From Octopus vulgaris (taxonomy: Eukaryota), in assembly GCA_951406725.2 (NCBI GenBank), contig OX597816.1:54684001-54748000 (forward strand): a DNA stretch of 64,000 nt. The letters are read 5' to 3'. The notes beneath the pieces are model-generated. The model was not told the origin of the DNA, did no database searches, and saw nothing but the letters and a program-made list of their open reading frames with translations. Shown piece after piece: positions 24,180 to 38,769 of this stretch. Positions within the stretch are counted from its first letter, which is position 1, and the number at the start of each line of letters is the position of its first letter. A program made the position numbers and the translations under genes.

Positions 24180-26640
24180 CCACTCAGAACGCGGAACAAC
24201 TCCGCGCAGAATTATCTGGGAAGTCGAATTTTCCGATCTTTAAACGGACAAACTGTTCACCACTGTAGATAAAGCAGTGAATGATATTCTTGCACGAGGT
24301 ACTCGCCTTAAAAATACCCAAGCGATAAGAACCAACGACACAGACTTTACCAATGAACCACGCCCATCTCAAAGAAAGATTTACAAGAAAGTAACAAAAG
24401 TTGATATACAAAAGCAAAATCCATTGAAACCACAATTCGGGAATAAACTTCTGAATCAACACAAACATGCATATTGGAAAAGCGTTCGATGTAATAACAT
24501 AGCCAACACCTACCGAAATTGGCGAAACAAAGAAATTCAATCCTTCCCAGAAAATTCCCTCATTAAAGAAATAAAAAGTAAAATGCGACAAGGAAAACAA
24601 AAACGATACGTGTAAACTTAGCATTACGCCGTCTGGAAACTGAAATGCCTCTTCGCCAAACACAAAAAGCATGATACGAAGAAAAATTCAAACAATTGCT
24701 ACAGTCATATTTGCTCTCTGAACGAAGTGACAATAAAAGTCAATAAATAGTATAACTATGGAAAGAAGACCACAAAACGAGAAGAGGAAAAATCTACAAA
24801 ATGTGAGAAAACCAACAAAAATGGTTTATTAATTAGGAAATAAACTATGGAGAACAAATCCATTATGAAAGAAAACCACAAGGAAAATCAATACCAAACG
24901 TAGATATCGATGCTAGAGGAACCAGACAAAGGTATGAGGCCTCTAGTCATCGAAAAGTATATGCGGAAATGGCCTCGATATCATCCCAAATTGAAACTAG
25001 AAATCCGTACGCTACAAAACCAAAATATAACTGTAGTATAAACAAATGCACAGAGTATAGATGACAACCATCAACCCATAATGCCACATAACCTAAAGGG
25101 ACGAATCCATGTAGGGAAAGACAGGGAACATATAGACAATATAGAAATAGTAATGCAAATAGACATCATTGAAAGTCTATGACTTACGACTATCAATTTC
25201 AAACATTCCGAATGACCTAACAAGCATCGAAGAAGATGGGAAGAAGACAGACTCTATATCTGATGGAATTTAAACCGAGAACATGAACCTGTCCCTCATC
25301 TAGGAAGAAATCGTAACTCCTGAAACATAAAATGAAGACACAATACTACAACTCTTTTTCAAGGGAGAAAATACTACAAAATATTGACCCTAAAATTATA
25401 AATTTAATCAAAATAGATGCCTCAACAAAAGTGAAATGAGTCTGTTATTGAATGGCTTCAAATGCATCTCTGCATCTACCTCAATTTTATAGAAACAAAG
25501 CAGACTTTGAACACATGCGCCTGATAGAATTCTTTGGCAATAAGAATAAAAATAATGAGTCGATTGTCAACATTTTTTGGCAATAAGAATATAAATGACG
25601 AGTCGATTGTCAGAAATAAATCCCGCTTCACCCCTTACGCGGGGGTGGGTGTGACAAACATTTAGATACATATATGGCTACAATTTCCAAATTCCCTCCC
25701 TCTCAATACTCGTAAATGCAATCAAAATCTTCGTAAAGAAGAAAATGAAGCTTTATTAACACTGAAGAATGACAACCCAAGCATCCTGAAAGAAGCAGAT
25801 CAGGGCAGGGCGATAGGGACTATGGACAGACTATTATAAATGCCAAATATTGGGACAGTTAACAGACTAGAACTGCTATAAAGAATAATCAAGAAATCCG
25901 AAAAATAACAATAATGAATGAAATCAGAACATTAATTAACCAATACACAAACCCTTCATGGTTAAGAAAATACATGACTTCTGTAACTCTGTAATTAAAA
26001 CGAGCAATTTCTACGGATTATCCAAGATCTACAAAAACTCATGAATGCTTTTGTGGATCTTGAAAGCCATACAAAAATATAAATACAGAAAGCTATAAAT
26101 GAACAGAAAAACCATAACATAAAAGATAATAAAATCCACTTACCTCAAATTGCTGGGCCTCAATCCGTAACAAAATAACTAAATGATTTTGTTAAGTGTT
26201 AAGTCCCTTAAATCCTTATGGCCAATATATCGAGCGATATACGGGATGACATCGATTTTCTCACATACATCCCACACACTCTCCCAGAAGGTACTATCCT
26301 TACAAGCTTCGACGTCATTAGCCTTTATATTAATATACCTCACACTTTAGGCCTGTAAGCAATCAAACACTGGATAGAAAACATATAGGAAGGATAAACG
26401 AATGCTTCAAAAAGTAGACTTCATTAATATAGCCACACGCCCAGTACTAGAAGAGAACCCCTTTAGATTTAATAGTAAAATATATCAACAGATAAAGAGC
26501 ACAGCTATGGGTACGAAATTTGCACCCCCATATGATAACCTCGTTACGGGTTTCTTAGAAGAAAGACTATACAAGGAATTGGAGAAAGATTTTCACCAAA
26601 TTTTCCACATTGTTTCGGAAGAACTGAATAGCATTCTTAG
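24180..26640 (+). mobile_element. decayed Penelope-like element RT region
   Basis: KEADQG, FYGL.KI, IRDDIDFL, SFDVISLYINIPH.LG, YQQIKSTAMGTKFAPPY.NL with stops and frameshifts. Assignment of 24180-25400 is less certain. Confidence 0.75.
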
Positions 26641-26799
26641 TTAACCCAAATTTCTAGAGGTATTCTTGTATTCATGAATGCGGCACACTATCATATGCCT
26701 TTTGGTACTCGGAGGTCTTGCTGATCTATATATAGTAGGAAGTTTTTCTTTTCAGAACATTTTCTTATTTCTTGCTAATTCTTTGGTAGTAGATCTCTC

Positions 26800-28600
26800 T
26801 CCTCAACATACTTCTATAAATATTTTAGAACAACAAATGTTAGCAACCTTCACATTAGTGGAAGGCAAGTTATTGGTCAGTCATTGCTTGCTATTTTCCC
26901 TTTATTTCGATCTTTCACTGCCAACACCACGCTGCCTTTTGTCATCCATTCAAGAATGTTTCCTGTCTCATGAAGCGCAGTGGAACATTTCAACCGAAAT
27001 CCCAGGACCAATTCTGATCCCGGAGGTTTCCAGTTTGATATCGCTTTCAAGACAATTTTAAAATATTTTCCTCTGATTGTCGAAGCAGTGCAGTACATAC
27101 ACATATCCAGTGTTGAGGTCTTCATCTTGAGCAGCCACCCATAAACTCTCAGTTTCTTTCTTTAAATTTCCACCCGAGGCCTCTCCCATGATCAGTCATG
27201 AGTTTTCACATTCTTCGAGTCTCTGTGGAACCACACATATAGTTACATTTCTTCTAGCGTTTCGTTTTCTTTTTTCACAAATTATCCTGCTCTTTTATGG
27301 TTTCCTTCACTCAGGCGCAACACTTATTCTGCCTGAATCTATCGCAGTATGTCCTAAGTTATTATTCTACACTCTTCGCAAGATAATTGTTTATTGGTCT
27401 TTGTTTTCCCTACACAGATATGCTTAATATTCTCCTTCCAATCAGATGATTCCTTTTATTGAAGATTGACATTTGGTTTTCTATGAGTGTTCATGGGCAT
27501 TTAGCGTAGCGATTCTCTGTATGGTGTGTGTGTGTGTTTGCGAGTGTATGTGTGACGCATTTCATTCATCTTTAATCTTCTTCATTATTTTGCACTAAAT
27601 CACACTACTAATGAAAGTGCCTTTGTGATTATCGGGTTTATCAGATTCTTTGAATTGAATTTGGTCTTCACTAAATGCAAACTATAATCTTTAAAAATTT
27701 ATGTCTTTTGAGTTTTCTTCGTTTTCTACTGCATATCATCAACTTCCCGTGTTCATAGAGACTAGCATCTGCTGTCATAAAGTTTAGTAATTAGTTCTTT
27801 AAATATGTTTTCATAAAATGAACTCTGTCCTCTCTCTTCATGGCTAAAACTTCATATTTTGTTATACCAAACTCCACTCCAAGATCACTGAAACATATCT
27901 CTACTCTATTGACAAGTGAATTATTCTTTCTTACCAATTTCAAGCTATTTGTGAAGAATAAATGTTGTATGAATCTCTTCCAGGTTTAACACGCATTTTG
28001 ACTTATCTGTCATCGTATTGGGCATTGCTATCATGACAAATAATTAAGGCAACAAGGACTCGCTCTGGAACCTACCTATTTTAATGGTTACACTTCCCAA
28101 TGTTTGCCTGTTCCTCATCAAATGGTGTCCTTACTCATATTGAAATCAAACACGCCAAGCAGAGTCTGCCTTACTTATGGTTCTTCATTATCATTTTGTC
28201 AATAATCATATAGTCTTTGGTACCTTTTGAGTGTTTCTTGCACCTTTCTTTTTCTTTTTTTCTGAAAGATACTTGTTAGTCTCTTTCATAACAGACAGAA
28301 GCACTTGATTGGTCGATAATTTCCAGCTACTTTTCACTTCGTTGGATCATTCATTATCAAAGTTGGATTTCCTTCCACCATTCCACTTCTGTACGATGTC
28401 TTAGACGTTCATTCAAATAGTGTTGCTTGATCTGCTCTTTCTCGGAAGTAAAGCTTAAACCATACATGTATTTGATTCAAGGCGACATATGTACTGATTT
28501 TTTCGTAAGTTACGGTTTTTTCAAATTTCCATCTTGCTGAATTCTCCTCTAAAAATCGTTATGCCACTTTCAATGACTCTATTCCATCATGTATTTCTCC
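26800..28600 (-). mobile_element. R4/Dong-like LINE RT relics (two pieces)
   Basis: WLK...EWMTKG.VVL.VKD..KG..ASND.PITCLPLM near 26850-27130; NYRPIKC..KGAR-like near 28200-28330. Confidence 0.6.
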
Positions 28601-28801
28601 TCTTTCATACCTGCATGTTTTAAAAACCTTCTGCAGTAAACATAAACTTTACTTACATAGCCCCGAGGAAGCTATAAAATATCACGGAAGCACTTAGCTC
28701 CGAGTACAAGAGTACAATACTCCTCATAGAAGAAACAGCTGCAAGTGATCATGTAATTATTGATCTTTTATCATTCATTGATTTACACACACACACATAT
28801 G

Positions 28802-28834
<33 letters not shown>

Positions 28835-28836
<2 letters not shown>

Positions 28837-28915
28837 CGTCCAATAACACTATACTTGTTCCACGTTCTCGCGTTGTTGTGTTTTCTCTTTGTGTTTTCAT
28901 GTTTGGATTAACTTT
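28835..28915 (+). repeat. pLTR-like remnant, inverted copy of 23245-23325
   Basis: Direct sequence match; embedded in (AT)n. Confidence 0.7.
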
Positions 28916-28920
28916 ACATA

Positions 28921-29027
<107 letters not shown>

Positions 29028-29099
29028 GAATCACGTAGATATACATACATGCATATTTACACGCAGAAGATGCACACATACACATATATACACTTAGAA

Positions 29100-29663
29100 C
29101 TATAGATACAATATACATTCCCATCACGCAACCTACGCATAATTAAATGTAAGAATACTTAAAACAACAAACGTCTTTACTGCCTGAAGGATTTCCAAAT
29201 GACAGTTTTATATTGTCCTTCAACGTAATCTATGTGTAACATTTTTAATAAGCCAATTTTGGAGTTATACATTTTTATTACCCATCATGTTGAAACCTTA
29301 TATCAAATATTGAACGCAATAAATTTTATGACAGAGTGACATCATAAATGCCATGTCTGGAACAATTGACACTAGGTGGATCGGGGTTCTGAGCAGCGAG
29401 CTAGCAGAATACAGATGCCTCTCCACCAACTTTACTATTTTTCTAAATAATGGTTTGTAAATGAATGTCTGCATTAATGCATAGTCTTGGAGAAACTTTG
29501 CAAGCTTTACAAATATGTAGATTTTCGTGTATTTTAGGTAATCTGTAGAATAGACTAGGTCTGTATTTAAAATCCGATAAATAGTCAATTTTATTTTTAG
29601 TGAGGCCCTTTCTATGTATTTGAAGTAAGGAGGATAAGTTAACCACTGCAAATACTTTTTTCA
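29100..29663 (-). mobile_element. Penelope-like RT fragment
   Basis: LTKNKIDYLSDF....SLFYRLPKIH motif. Confidence 0.6.
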
Positions 29664-31190
29664 AAGTTCACCGAAATGCGGTACATTTCCTCAAACGTTA
29701 AAGGAAGTAATAATCTGCCCTGTCTACAAAGGAGGAAGCGAAGCAGATACTATAAATTACAGACCTATCTGTCTGATCTCACTTGTCAGCAAGATCATGG
29801 AACGTATTGTCAGAAAACGACTGAGCACGTTCCTATAGTAAAAAAAAACTTGCTTACAGATACGCAACATAATTCCTGTCCTGATATGAGCTGCCTAACA
29901 CAGCTACTACAGCACTTCGACTGGGTACTAAAACAACAGCTCAACCATTCAAATGTGGATGTGATATGTCTCGACTCTGCCAAGGCGTTTGACAATGTTA
30001 ATCATAGGATTATTTGTCACAAATTGCTTTACCTCGGTCTCGCTGGTAAACTGTGAGAGTGGCTGCATGATTTCCTAAGGAGCAAAAGTTACAGAAAATG
30101 GCTCTCTCTCTCTCTCTCTCTCTCCCTCTTTGAAGTGTCACCAAACCTCAGCGGAATCTCCAAGGGAAAAGTGCTGGGTCCACTACTATTTGTGGTTGCT
30201 CTCTCGGACATGCCCTTAGCCATAGTGTCAGCCACACTTACTAGCTACGCCGATAATACGAAAGTATTTCAGGCGGTCAAGGATCCTACTGAATCCTAAG
30301 ATTGCAGAATGACCTGAACGCAATATATAAATGGGCTGATGAGAATAATATGCTGCTCAATAGGGCAAAATTTCAAACACTCCGCTATCAGCCCACAAAC
30401 TACAGCTGAAGTACACGGGACAAGCAGACAATCCCAGTGTTAGAGTCGGTGCGTGACCTAAGAATCCACATGAGCAACGACACAATTTTCCATGTGCACA
30501 TTGCTGAGATGGCAATACTATGCAGATGGGCGGCAGGTTGGATCCTTAGATGTTTCAGGGCCAGGAACTGAGACACAATGTTTTTGCTTTGAAGAACCTC
30601 TGTCCTCAGTCGTCTGGTCTACTGCTCCCAACTGTGGCCCTCACAGAGTGTAAAACTAATTGCGGTACTAGAAGCGATCCAACGCCACTTCACAAAGAAG
30701 AGACACTCAGTAAAACGCATGGGCTACTGGGAGAGATTGAGGGAACTGGGGCTCTGCTCCCTGGAGAGGAGATGTGAGAGATATACGGGTGCTATACACG
30801 TGGAAAATAATGGAGGGTCTGGCTCCATTTTCGGAATTGAAATCTACAACAATCACCTTAACCGGACGGCACTGCACAGTACCAAAGGTACCATCCTCTC
30901 CATCGAGGATACAAACCTAATACTGTAATAGCTTGGATTCAAGGGCCCGCAACGTTTTAATATCATACCTCATCAGGGGGCTTTGTAAGGTGTATACATG
31001 GAAGTCTTCAATTAACATTGAAACAGCTTTTTATCTGTAATTACGGATGAACACACATCGCCTTAGGAGGCACAATGAAGAGCGGCAAGGTTCAACTCGC
31101 TACTTCACCAGAAGCAATACTGGAAAAATACCCGGACACAGTAAAGGCCTCAGACTCTGGCTGAAGCCCATAAAAGTGAAAATATATAAT
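29664..31190 (+). mobile_element. CR1-like LINE, 5'-truncated and decayed
   Basis: CPVYKGG..NYRPICLIS, SCLTQLL, DVICLDSAKAFDNVNH, VLGPLLF, SYADNTK, LCSLERR.ERY. Confidence 0.85.
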
Positions 31191-31199
31191 ATATATGAA

Positions 31200-31577
31200 A
31201 GCACTCCGTCGGTTACGACAATGAGGGTTCCGGTTGATCCGAATCAACGGAACAGCCTGCTCGTGAAATTAACGTGTAAGTGGCTGATCACTCCACAGAC
31301 ACGTGCACCCTTAACGTAGTTTTCGGAGATATTCAGCGTGACACAGAGAGTGACAAGGCCGCCCCCTTGAAATACAGGTACAACAGAAACAGGAAGTAAG
31401 AGTGAGAGAAAGTTGTGGTGAAAGAGTACAGCAGGGATCACCACCATCCCCTGCCGGAGCCTCGTGGAGCTTTTCGATGTTTTCGCTCAATAAACACTCA
31501 CAACGCCCGGTCTGGGAATCGAAACCACTATCCTATGACCGCGAGTCCGCTGCTCTAACCACTGGGCCATTGCACCT

Positions 31578-31579
<2 letters not shown>
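31200..31579 (-). mobile_element. SINE family C with tail type 3
   Basis: Head is the reverse complement of 3110-3280; tail matches 2331-2515. Confidence 0.85.
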
Positions 31580-31632
<53 letters not shown>

Positions 31633-31649
31633 CACATATATATTATATG

Positions 31650-31730
<81 letters not shown>

Positions 31731-31799
31731 ACACATACACATATATATTATATGTAATTATGTATATGAATGTGTGTATATATATGTATATATGTTTAT

Positions 31800-32485
31800 G
31801 TCAGGTCACTTTCGAGTGCGACTGATAACATGTAACCCAGTACAACCTGTTGCATTGTCGGGCCGTCGGCGACTAAACCGGTAACCCCACCAAACTTGCT
31901 TGGTGAGGAGGGTGTTTATTGGACACCCTGCGGGATGAAAAACAAAAGCCGTCAAAGGTCGGAGGAACTCTTGAGAGTCAACGGCCGTCCAATAAATGTG
32001 TAATTTTATATTTACTGTATATCTGCCTTTTTCTCACTAATTTTTATATATTGTTTATTTTTATAGCTTGCTCATTATATAAGTTTTTATATACTTCACA
32101 TATATTTTATGTATATTTTGTATATCAATGTTTATTTATATATATATATATATATATCGTATATTTTATTTATTTATTTATTTATTTATTTTCTCATTAT
32201 ATCAATCTTATCCAGCTTAAGGCTGTATCATGCGCTGGGACATAGAAATAATCGGACTGAATACCCGATCGCCCGGTTAAACCATTGGGAATGAAGGACT
32301 CCTAGCCTTTGTTAGGGCATCCTTCTAGGAGAAGGTAACTCAGGTAACTGGTATAACTCCGACATAAAACCTGCGGCTCAGTAGTTACCGATGATGCTGA
32401 CTTGTTCTTCTTTTCGGATTATGGCTGCTGTTGCTTAGTGAGTGGAATTGACTCAGTGCACAGCCTTTCCTCACTTTAAAAAAAT
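31800..32485 (+). mobile_element. non-autonomous structured retroposon (RTE-5'-like motif, A-tail)
   Basis: GC-rich hairpin blocks around an AT-rich spacer; GGGCATCCTTCTAGGAGAAGGTAACTC resembles RTE 5'UTR motifs; ends CCTCACTTTAAAAAAA. Confidence 0.45.
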
Positions 32486-32569
32486 CTTCTTACACAGACA
32501 TTGAACGATAACAACATTGATTGATTGATTAAATTGAATAACTAATTCATGATTGTTGATAGTGCTGTG

Positions 32570-32714
32570 AGTCTCAGCTGAATGACTGGCTGTAGCCTTA
32601 AAAAGGAAATTGTAGATCTTTAGCTGGGCTAAAAAGTCACATTCAATCACAGCACCCAATAACAGTTAAGCTTCGTGCAGTGGCCATACTCGATAACGAG
32701 GGGGCAGCCATCAT
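32570..32714 (+). mobile_element. RTE LINE 3' end (C2H2 finger plus stem-loop tail)
   Basis: [15 protein letters not shown]; CTCG-ATAA-CGAG hairpin; homologous to 52500-52590. Confidence 0.65.
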
Positions 32715-32718
32715 ATGC

Positions 32719-32760
<42 letters not shown>

Positions 32761-32777
32761 GTATATATATATGTATG

Positions 32778-32864
<87 letters not shown>

Positions 32865-32865
32865 T

Positions 32866-32960
<95 letters not shown>

Positions 32961-34249
32961 ATATGATTGAAAACCTAGACGAGAGTGGAGATTTATTCAC
33001 ATCCAAAGTTTATTGTTAAAATGTTTTACCTACAGCATATATAACAATGACCAGCATACGTTTCTACTGCAGCAACTGCACATTGCTCTGTAAGCTAGCA
33101 TGCATCCTAGTCGTTGCAATGTTTATTGAGGTCCACCACTTACGACGTTTTCAAAGTAAACAAATTCAAACAAGGTTTCTGCGTTGGTATTCAGTTGAAG
33201 TTGATAGCGCTACTTTTGAATCGAATTGAATTCTGGTCCTATAATCACCTCTACTGCTATTACAGTTGAATCGTGGTTTTAAAATGTTTATTTATATTAT
33301 GATTAATTGTAGCAGTTTTGTTTACATTTTACTGTATGGAGTTTCAGAGCCATTTCACTTATTTTTGGTTTAGACACTGAATTTATATTATTGTTATTAT
33401 TATTATAATTATATTTATTAGTATCATTTGCATAAGCATCATTAATTATCACAATCATTATTTTGATTAGTATAATTACTATAGATGGTAAGGTATGTTT
33501 ATTGAAATCGTTTAAATGTATATTTTGTCCAGTGTAAACATTTCATAGTCTGTTCCTCTCTAGTATTTATAAGAGTAAATTTAGAAGTGAAAATTTGGTA
33601 CATTTCTTCCACACAAAATTATATATATTTTTTTCTATATTATAAGATTTTGCATTAATAATTATTTCCCATATAATCGAAAATACTTTGTTACTATCTT
33701 TTAGTGCCTAAATAGCTTACTAAGGCTAGTAGTTTTCATTTTGCTCCTATTTCTAAACGAACTTAAATGACTGATAAAAGTACTTCCCATGCTCTGAGGT
33801 AAACTTACATCTGTACACGTTATTTTTATAGCTACAATAAGAATTAAGCGAACAGATCTTGTTCCTTGCACAATCGCATTTAATAGATCAACTACTTTTA
33901 TTACTAGTATTCACTTCACCTACACTAGATGTGATTTCTATATTCTCCTGACTTTCTTCTAAGCTATTAGTCATTTGCACATTGACAACATTCTGAGTAC
34001 TGCGCTTTTTATGATTCACATCTTCTGCTTCCAAGCTAATGGGGAGTTCACTTCTTGGGTCTCTTCTATTTTATTGGTTGTCAAACCATAGTTTCTATTC
34101 TCGTACCTAGTTGTGTTACTTATGGTTTGTCCTCTCATGTTGATATTATTGTTATTTATTGATCTGTGATTATAACTATGGTTATTATTATTGTTATTGT
34201 TCATATGGGAACTGATAAATTCAACAGCGTTTTGTGCTAGATTTTGGCT

Positions 34250-35278
34250 AATCTATGTTTATTAAAAATTTTATAGTTTTTACTGTCTTTAGGAAACTGT
34301 TTAGTCAATGCTGAATAAAACAATTTTGGCATATTAGAAATTTTGGTTTTCCGAAGGGAATTAAATACCATTCGAGTTATCCATATTACTGAGGTATGTA
34401 TTTCTATTTCAACCTAAGCTTTTTGAAAAAATCTCTACCCTATTCATCTGGTTCTTATCACGGCGTTGGGCTTGCATCATGCTGTTATACTTGACATTAT
34501 ATTTATCGGTCATTTGTATAGTATTATTTACAGAACTTACGTCTGATTGGGACCTCTTTTATTTGGGACAGATTCATGTAAATTTTACTCTTCTTGTTTC
34601 TATGTACTCTATTATTGCATTCTAATTGCACAGACTTCCTATCCTTAACTCTTCCTTCTGTCTCTTCTTTTTGGTTAGTGGTGTTCTTCATGTTATGCAT
34701 ACTATTAAGATTATTGTCAGGATGGTCCATCCCGTTACTTATATTATTTCTACTTTTAATACCGTTATAGAATTTTGATTTTTCTCTTTATTCCATCTTC
34801 TCAAATGCGAAATTGTAAAAGTCTTCATTTAGTTTAAATACTTATTCGTCTGATGAGATGTTAGTAATGCGAATTGTTATATTTTCTACTTTAGATAGGG
34901 TTATACTTTTTGGGGTGATTGCTATTTTTATGAATGTATCTAAGGCTCGTATTCGGTTTATGATATGGCCTGCATATACCTGTACTTAGGTCTAAATTAA
35001 CATCTAGAAAGTTAGCTGAGTCATGCTCTTCTTCTATTGGTATCGAAATACCTACGTATTAAAAAAAATTTACAAAATTTTTTTGTAGATTTTTCTATGC
35101 CCCGGTTTGAAGGGTTAAACAGGGTGAACAATGCATCATCCCTGTATAGGCCCCATTCCTACTTCAGAGAGTTCCTTATACAACCAGAATGAAATCTGAA
35201 TCCCTACTAAGTCAGTTACCTGTACAGAATCTGTCGATCCCATTTTAATATCGAATGGTTCTGATTTATCATTTCTAT
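34250..35278 (-). mobile_element. decayed Naiad-like PLE RT
   Basis: PFDIKMGSTDS.QVTDLVG, LYRDDALF, FLDVNLDL, YHKPNTSLRYIHKNSNHPK; homologous to 15350-15935. Confidence 0.8.
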
Positions 35279-35509
35279 GTGTGCGTTTGTATGTATGTAT
35301 GTATGTATGTATGTATGTATGTATGTATGTATGTATGTATGTATGTATGTATGTATGTATGTTTGTATGTATGTATGTCATTCAGTTTTATTTCAACATT
35401 TACACATATACGTGTGTAAGCATGTATGTATATGATATACTCCTCCGTCGAAGATGAGTTATGAGCGTTCAACTATTTACCGAACGTCCTGCACAAATGA
35501 TCTGTTTAT

Positions 35510-35772
35510 ATACGACGGTTTCTTTCAGTTTCCGTCTACCAAATCCACTCGCAAGACTTTGGTCGTGCCGCACATGAGTCCAATCTCTCCAACAAGTCGA
35601 CGTCGTCTGAACAGGTGCATTGTATACCGCTCGTCAGATGCCGAAGTGATGCCAGAGCAACGGGAACTCAAGTCTTTTGCTCTAGAGCACAAAACATCAG
35701 CCGGTCTAGGAACCGAAATCACGATCGGTAGATCGCGAGTGCAACACACTTGCCACTAGGCTATGCGCCCCA
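35510..35772 (-). mobile_element. adjacent SINE fragments (family A piece plus family C-like head)
   Basis: 35510-35565 matches family A; 35640-35770 resembles 57680-57800. Confidence 0.65.
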
Positions 35773-35803
35773 CATGCATACACACACAAACATACATACA
35801 TAC

Positions 35804-35838
<35 letters not shown>

Positions 35839-35892
35839 TGTATGTATGTATGTATGTATGTATGTATGTATGAATATATGTATAAATGTACA

Positions 35893-36100
35893 TTCTTCTA
35901 TTTGTTTCAATCATTTGACTGCGGCCACGTTGGAGCACCGCTTTTAGTCGAAGAAATCGAGACCCCAGGACTTATTCTTTGTAAGCCTACGTCTTATTCT
36001 ATCAGTCTCTTCTGTCGAATCGCTAAGGTACGTGTGCGAAAACACACCAACATCGGTTGTCAAGCGATGGTGGTGGGACAGACGCAGGAAAACACACACA
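35893..36100 (-). mobile_element. SINE family A 3' half
   Basis: TGTTTCAATCATTTGACTGCGGCCAC...GGAGCACCGC match. Confidence 0.8.
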
Positions 36101-36130
36101 CATACACACAAATATAAATACAAATATATA

Positions 36131-36166
<36 letters not shown>

Positions 36167-36869
36167 TGTATGTATGTATGTATGTATGTATGTATGTATA
36201 TATATGTGTGTGTGTGTGTGTGTGTTTATATATATAGTTCAGAACATCTTTTCCGAATCTATGCTATGATTTAGTTAACTTCTTAAAACAATCAATATTG
36301 TATATAAATGGTTTCCGGCTAAATTTTCCTTGTAGCTATTTGGAATAAACCAGTTTCGATTAGTGTCTTTAGATGAGAGACATTGCAGTTGCAAATTTAA
36401 TTTTGGTGCAGCCGAGTAGAAATGCGTTGTTTATGTCAACTGTTTGCAATTCAAAATATAGCAGTCTGTGCTTAGATAATCTAATTTGTAGGAATAATAT
36501 CTAAATTAATTCTATATTCCTGAGAGCTCTCAGCAAACAAAGTTATATAAACATATACATGTATAAACACATGCAAGCCCATGTATGTGTGCGGTTGTAT
36601 GTATGCAAATATATATGTATGCAAGCATGTATGCATGTGTGTACGAACATATGTATGTATGTCGTTATTGAATTTTATTTAAAGATTTCTTGCCAAAATA
36701 GAATGAGCCGGTTTCTAACCTAGGTTCAAGGTTCCTTCTATGAAATTTCAACATCGGCAACAGGATATTTTTGCATGTATGTTTGTATGTATGTATGTAT
36801 GCATGTATGTATGTATACGTGCTCTGTTTTATGTATATCTCCTCCTGCATATACTTGCATATCTAAAAG

Positions 36870-38765
36870 GTATAAAAGGGATGCAATATGGATAGAGACT
36901 ATCAAGACAGAATTACAAGGAGGAAAGAAACAAAGAAATATTGTCATAAGCATGGGTGATATAACAGAACAAGTGGGTAAAATGCCTAAGTAAAAGCCCC
37001 CGGACTAGATGGGATTCATGGATTCTGGCTTAAGAGATGGCATGCGGTGCATGAAAGACTAGCAGCCCAATGGAATGAGTGTGCCCAGAAAAGTAGAGTC
37101 CCTGTGTGGATGGTGACTGGGAGGACAGCACTTGAAAATGGAAGATAGAAGAATGGAGAATGTTGTGGGAAACTACCGTGCCATAGCATGCCTAAACATA
37201 ATCTGGAAGATACTCACTGGAATATGTGCTGCAAAGACATACACTTTCCTGGCACAGGGAGAAATACTATCAAGGTAACAAAAAGGATGTAGGAAGAGTT
37301 CTCGGGGTACCAAGGATCACCTGATCATCGATAAAACAGTTTTGAGGCATTGTAAAAAACATTGTCCACGGCTTCGATTCACTTTAAGAAGGCATATGAT
37401 ATGATACCTCATTCTTGGATCGTTGTATGCCAGCAGATGTTTGGTGTTGCTGAGAGCTTCACAAATTTTCTGATGCATAGTTTGAAAGAGTGGAAAAACA
37501 AATTGTACTCAAGTAATGTAATCCTTGGAAAAGTTAATATTAAATGTGGAATCTTCCAAGATGACTCGTTTTCACTGTTACTTTTTGTAATTGCACTAAT
37601 ACCTATAACAATGACACTTAGGAAAGTTAAAATGGGTTACCGATGCGTGAAGAAAGGCCCTTCATTGAACCATCTTCTGTTTATGGATGACCTGAACTTG
37701 TTTGAGAAATCTGAAAAATAGATAGATTCCTTAACCAAAACAGTCCAGAAGTGTGGTAGTGACATCGGTATGGAATTTGGGATTACCAAATGCTCAGTAT
37801 TTAAAATGAAAAGAGGGAAGAAAGCTTCCCGTAAAGGATTCCGGTTACCATCAAGAGAGACCATGAACCCGACAATAGTGGGTATAGATATTTGGGGATT
37901 TTAAAGCTGGATGACATTCTACACAGAGAAATGAAAGTTAAGGTCAGCGAGGCATATCAAAAAAGGGTGAAGATGGTGTTGAAATCCAAACTGAATGCCA
38001 AAACTTAGGTTACCGTAATGATTATCTGGGCAGTTACGGTGGTCAGATATAGTGCATCCATCCTCAAATGGACTAAGGAGGAAATATCAACACTGGATAG
38101 AAGGACGAGAAAGTTGATGACGCTGCATAGGGCGCTGCACCCTAAAGCAAACGTAAACAGACTGTATATGAAATGAAGGAATAGTGGCAGAGGACTAATT
38201 AGTATAAACCATTGTATAAAGAGTGAAATGAGAACGCTTACCGAGTATTTGGTAAATAGTGATGAAGACCTACTGCAATATGCTGCGAAAGATATGGATG
38301 TAAATGCTGATGAAATGATGGGCAAGGAAGAGTTTAACCAAAGAGCTGAGGAGAAGAGAAAAGAAAACCTTCTTGAAATGAGAATGCATGGACAGTTTGA
38401 AAGGAATACACAGGACGTTAAGGATAATACAGCATCGTGGTCATGGGTGGAGCGAGGTGATTTGAAGTGTATCACATAAAGCCTGATCGTTGCTGCACAA
38501 AACCAGGCTCTCGTTACCAATTCAGTGAAGTATAACATCTATAGAGTTCTGACACCCAGAAATGCAGGCTCTGTGGAAAGAATGTGGAAAATGTGACCCA
38601 CTTGATAAGCGGATGTGAGAGCCTTCCACAAAAAGAATACAAGCGCCGCCACGATAAAGTGTGTGTGTATCTTCATTGGCTCTTATGACGTAAATACCAA
38701 TATGAAGTAATAGAGAACTGGTATGAGCATGTAAGAAGTAAAGTTATGCAGGAGGATGGACAGGA
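36870..38765 (+). mobile_element. R4/Dong-like (RLE-type) LINE, RT plus CCHC region, decayed
   Basis: [97 protein letters not shown]. Confidence 0.9.
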
Positions 38766-38769
38766 TGTA

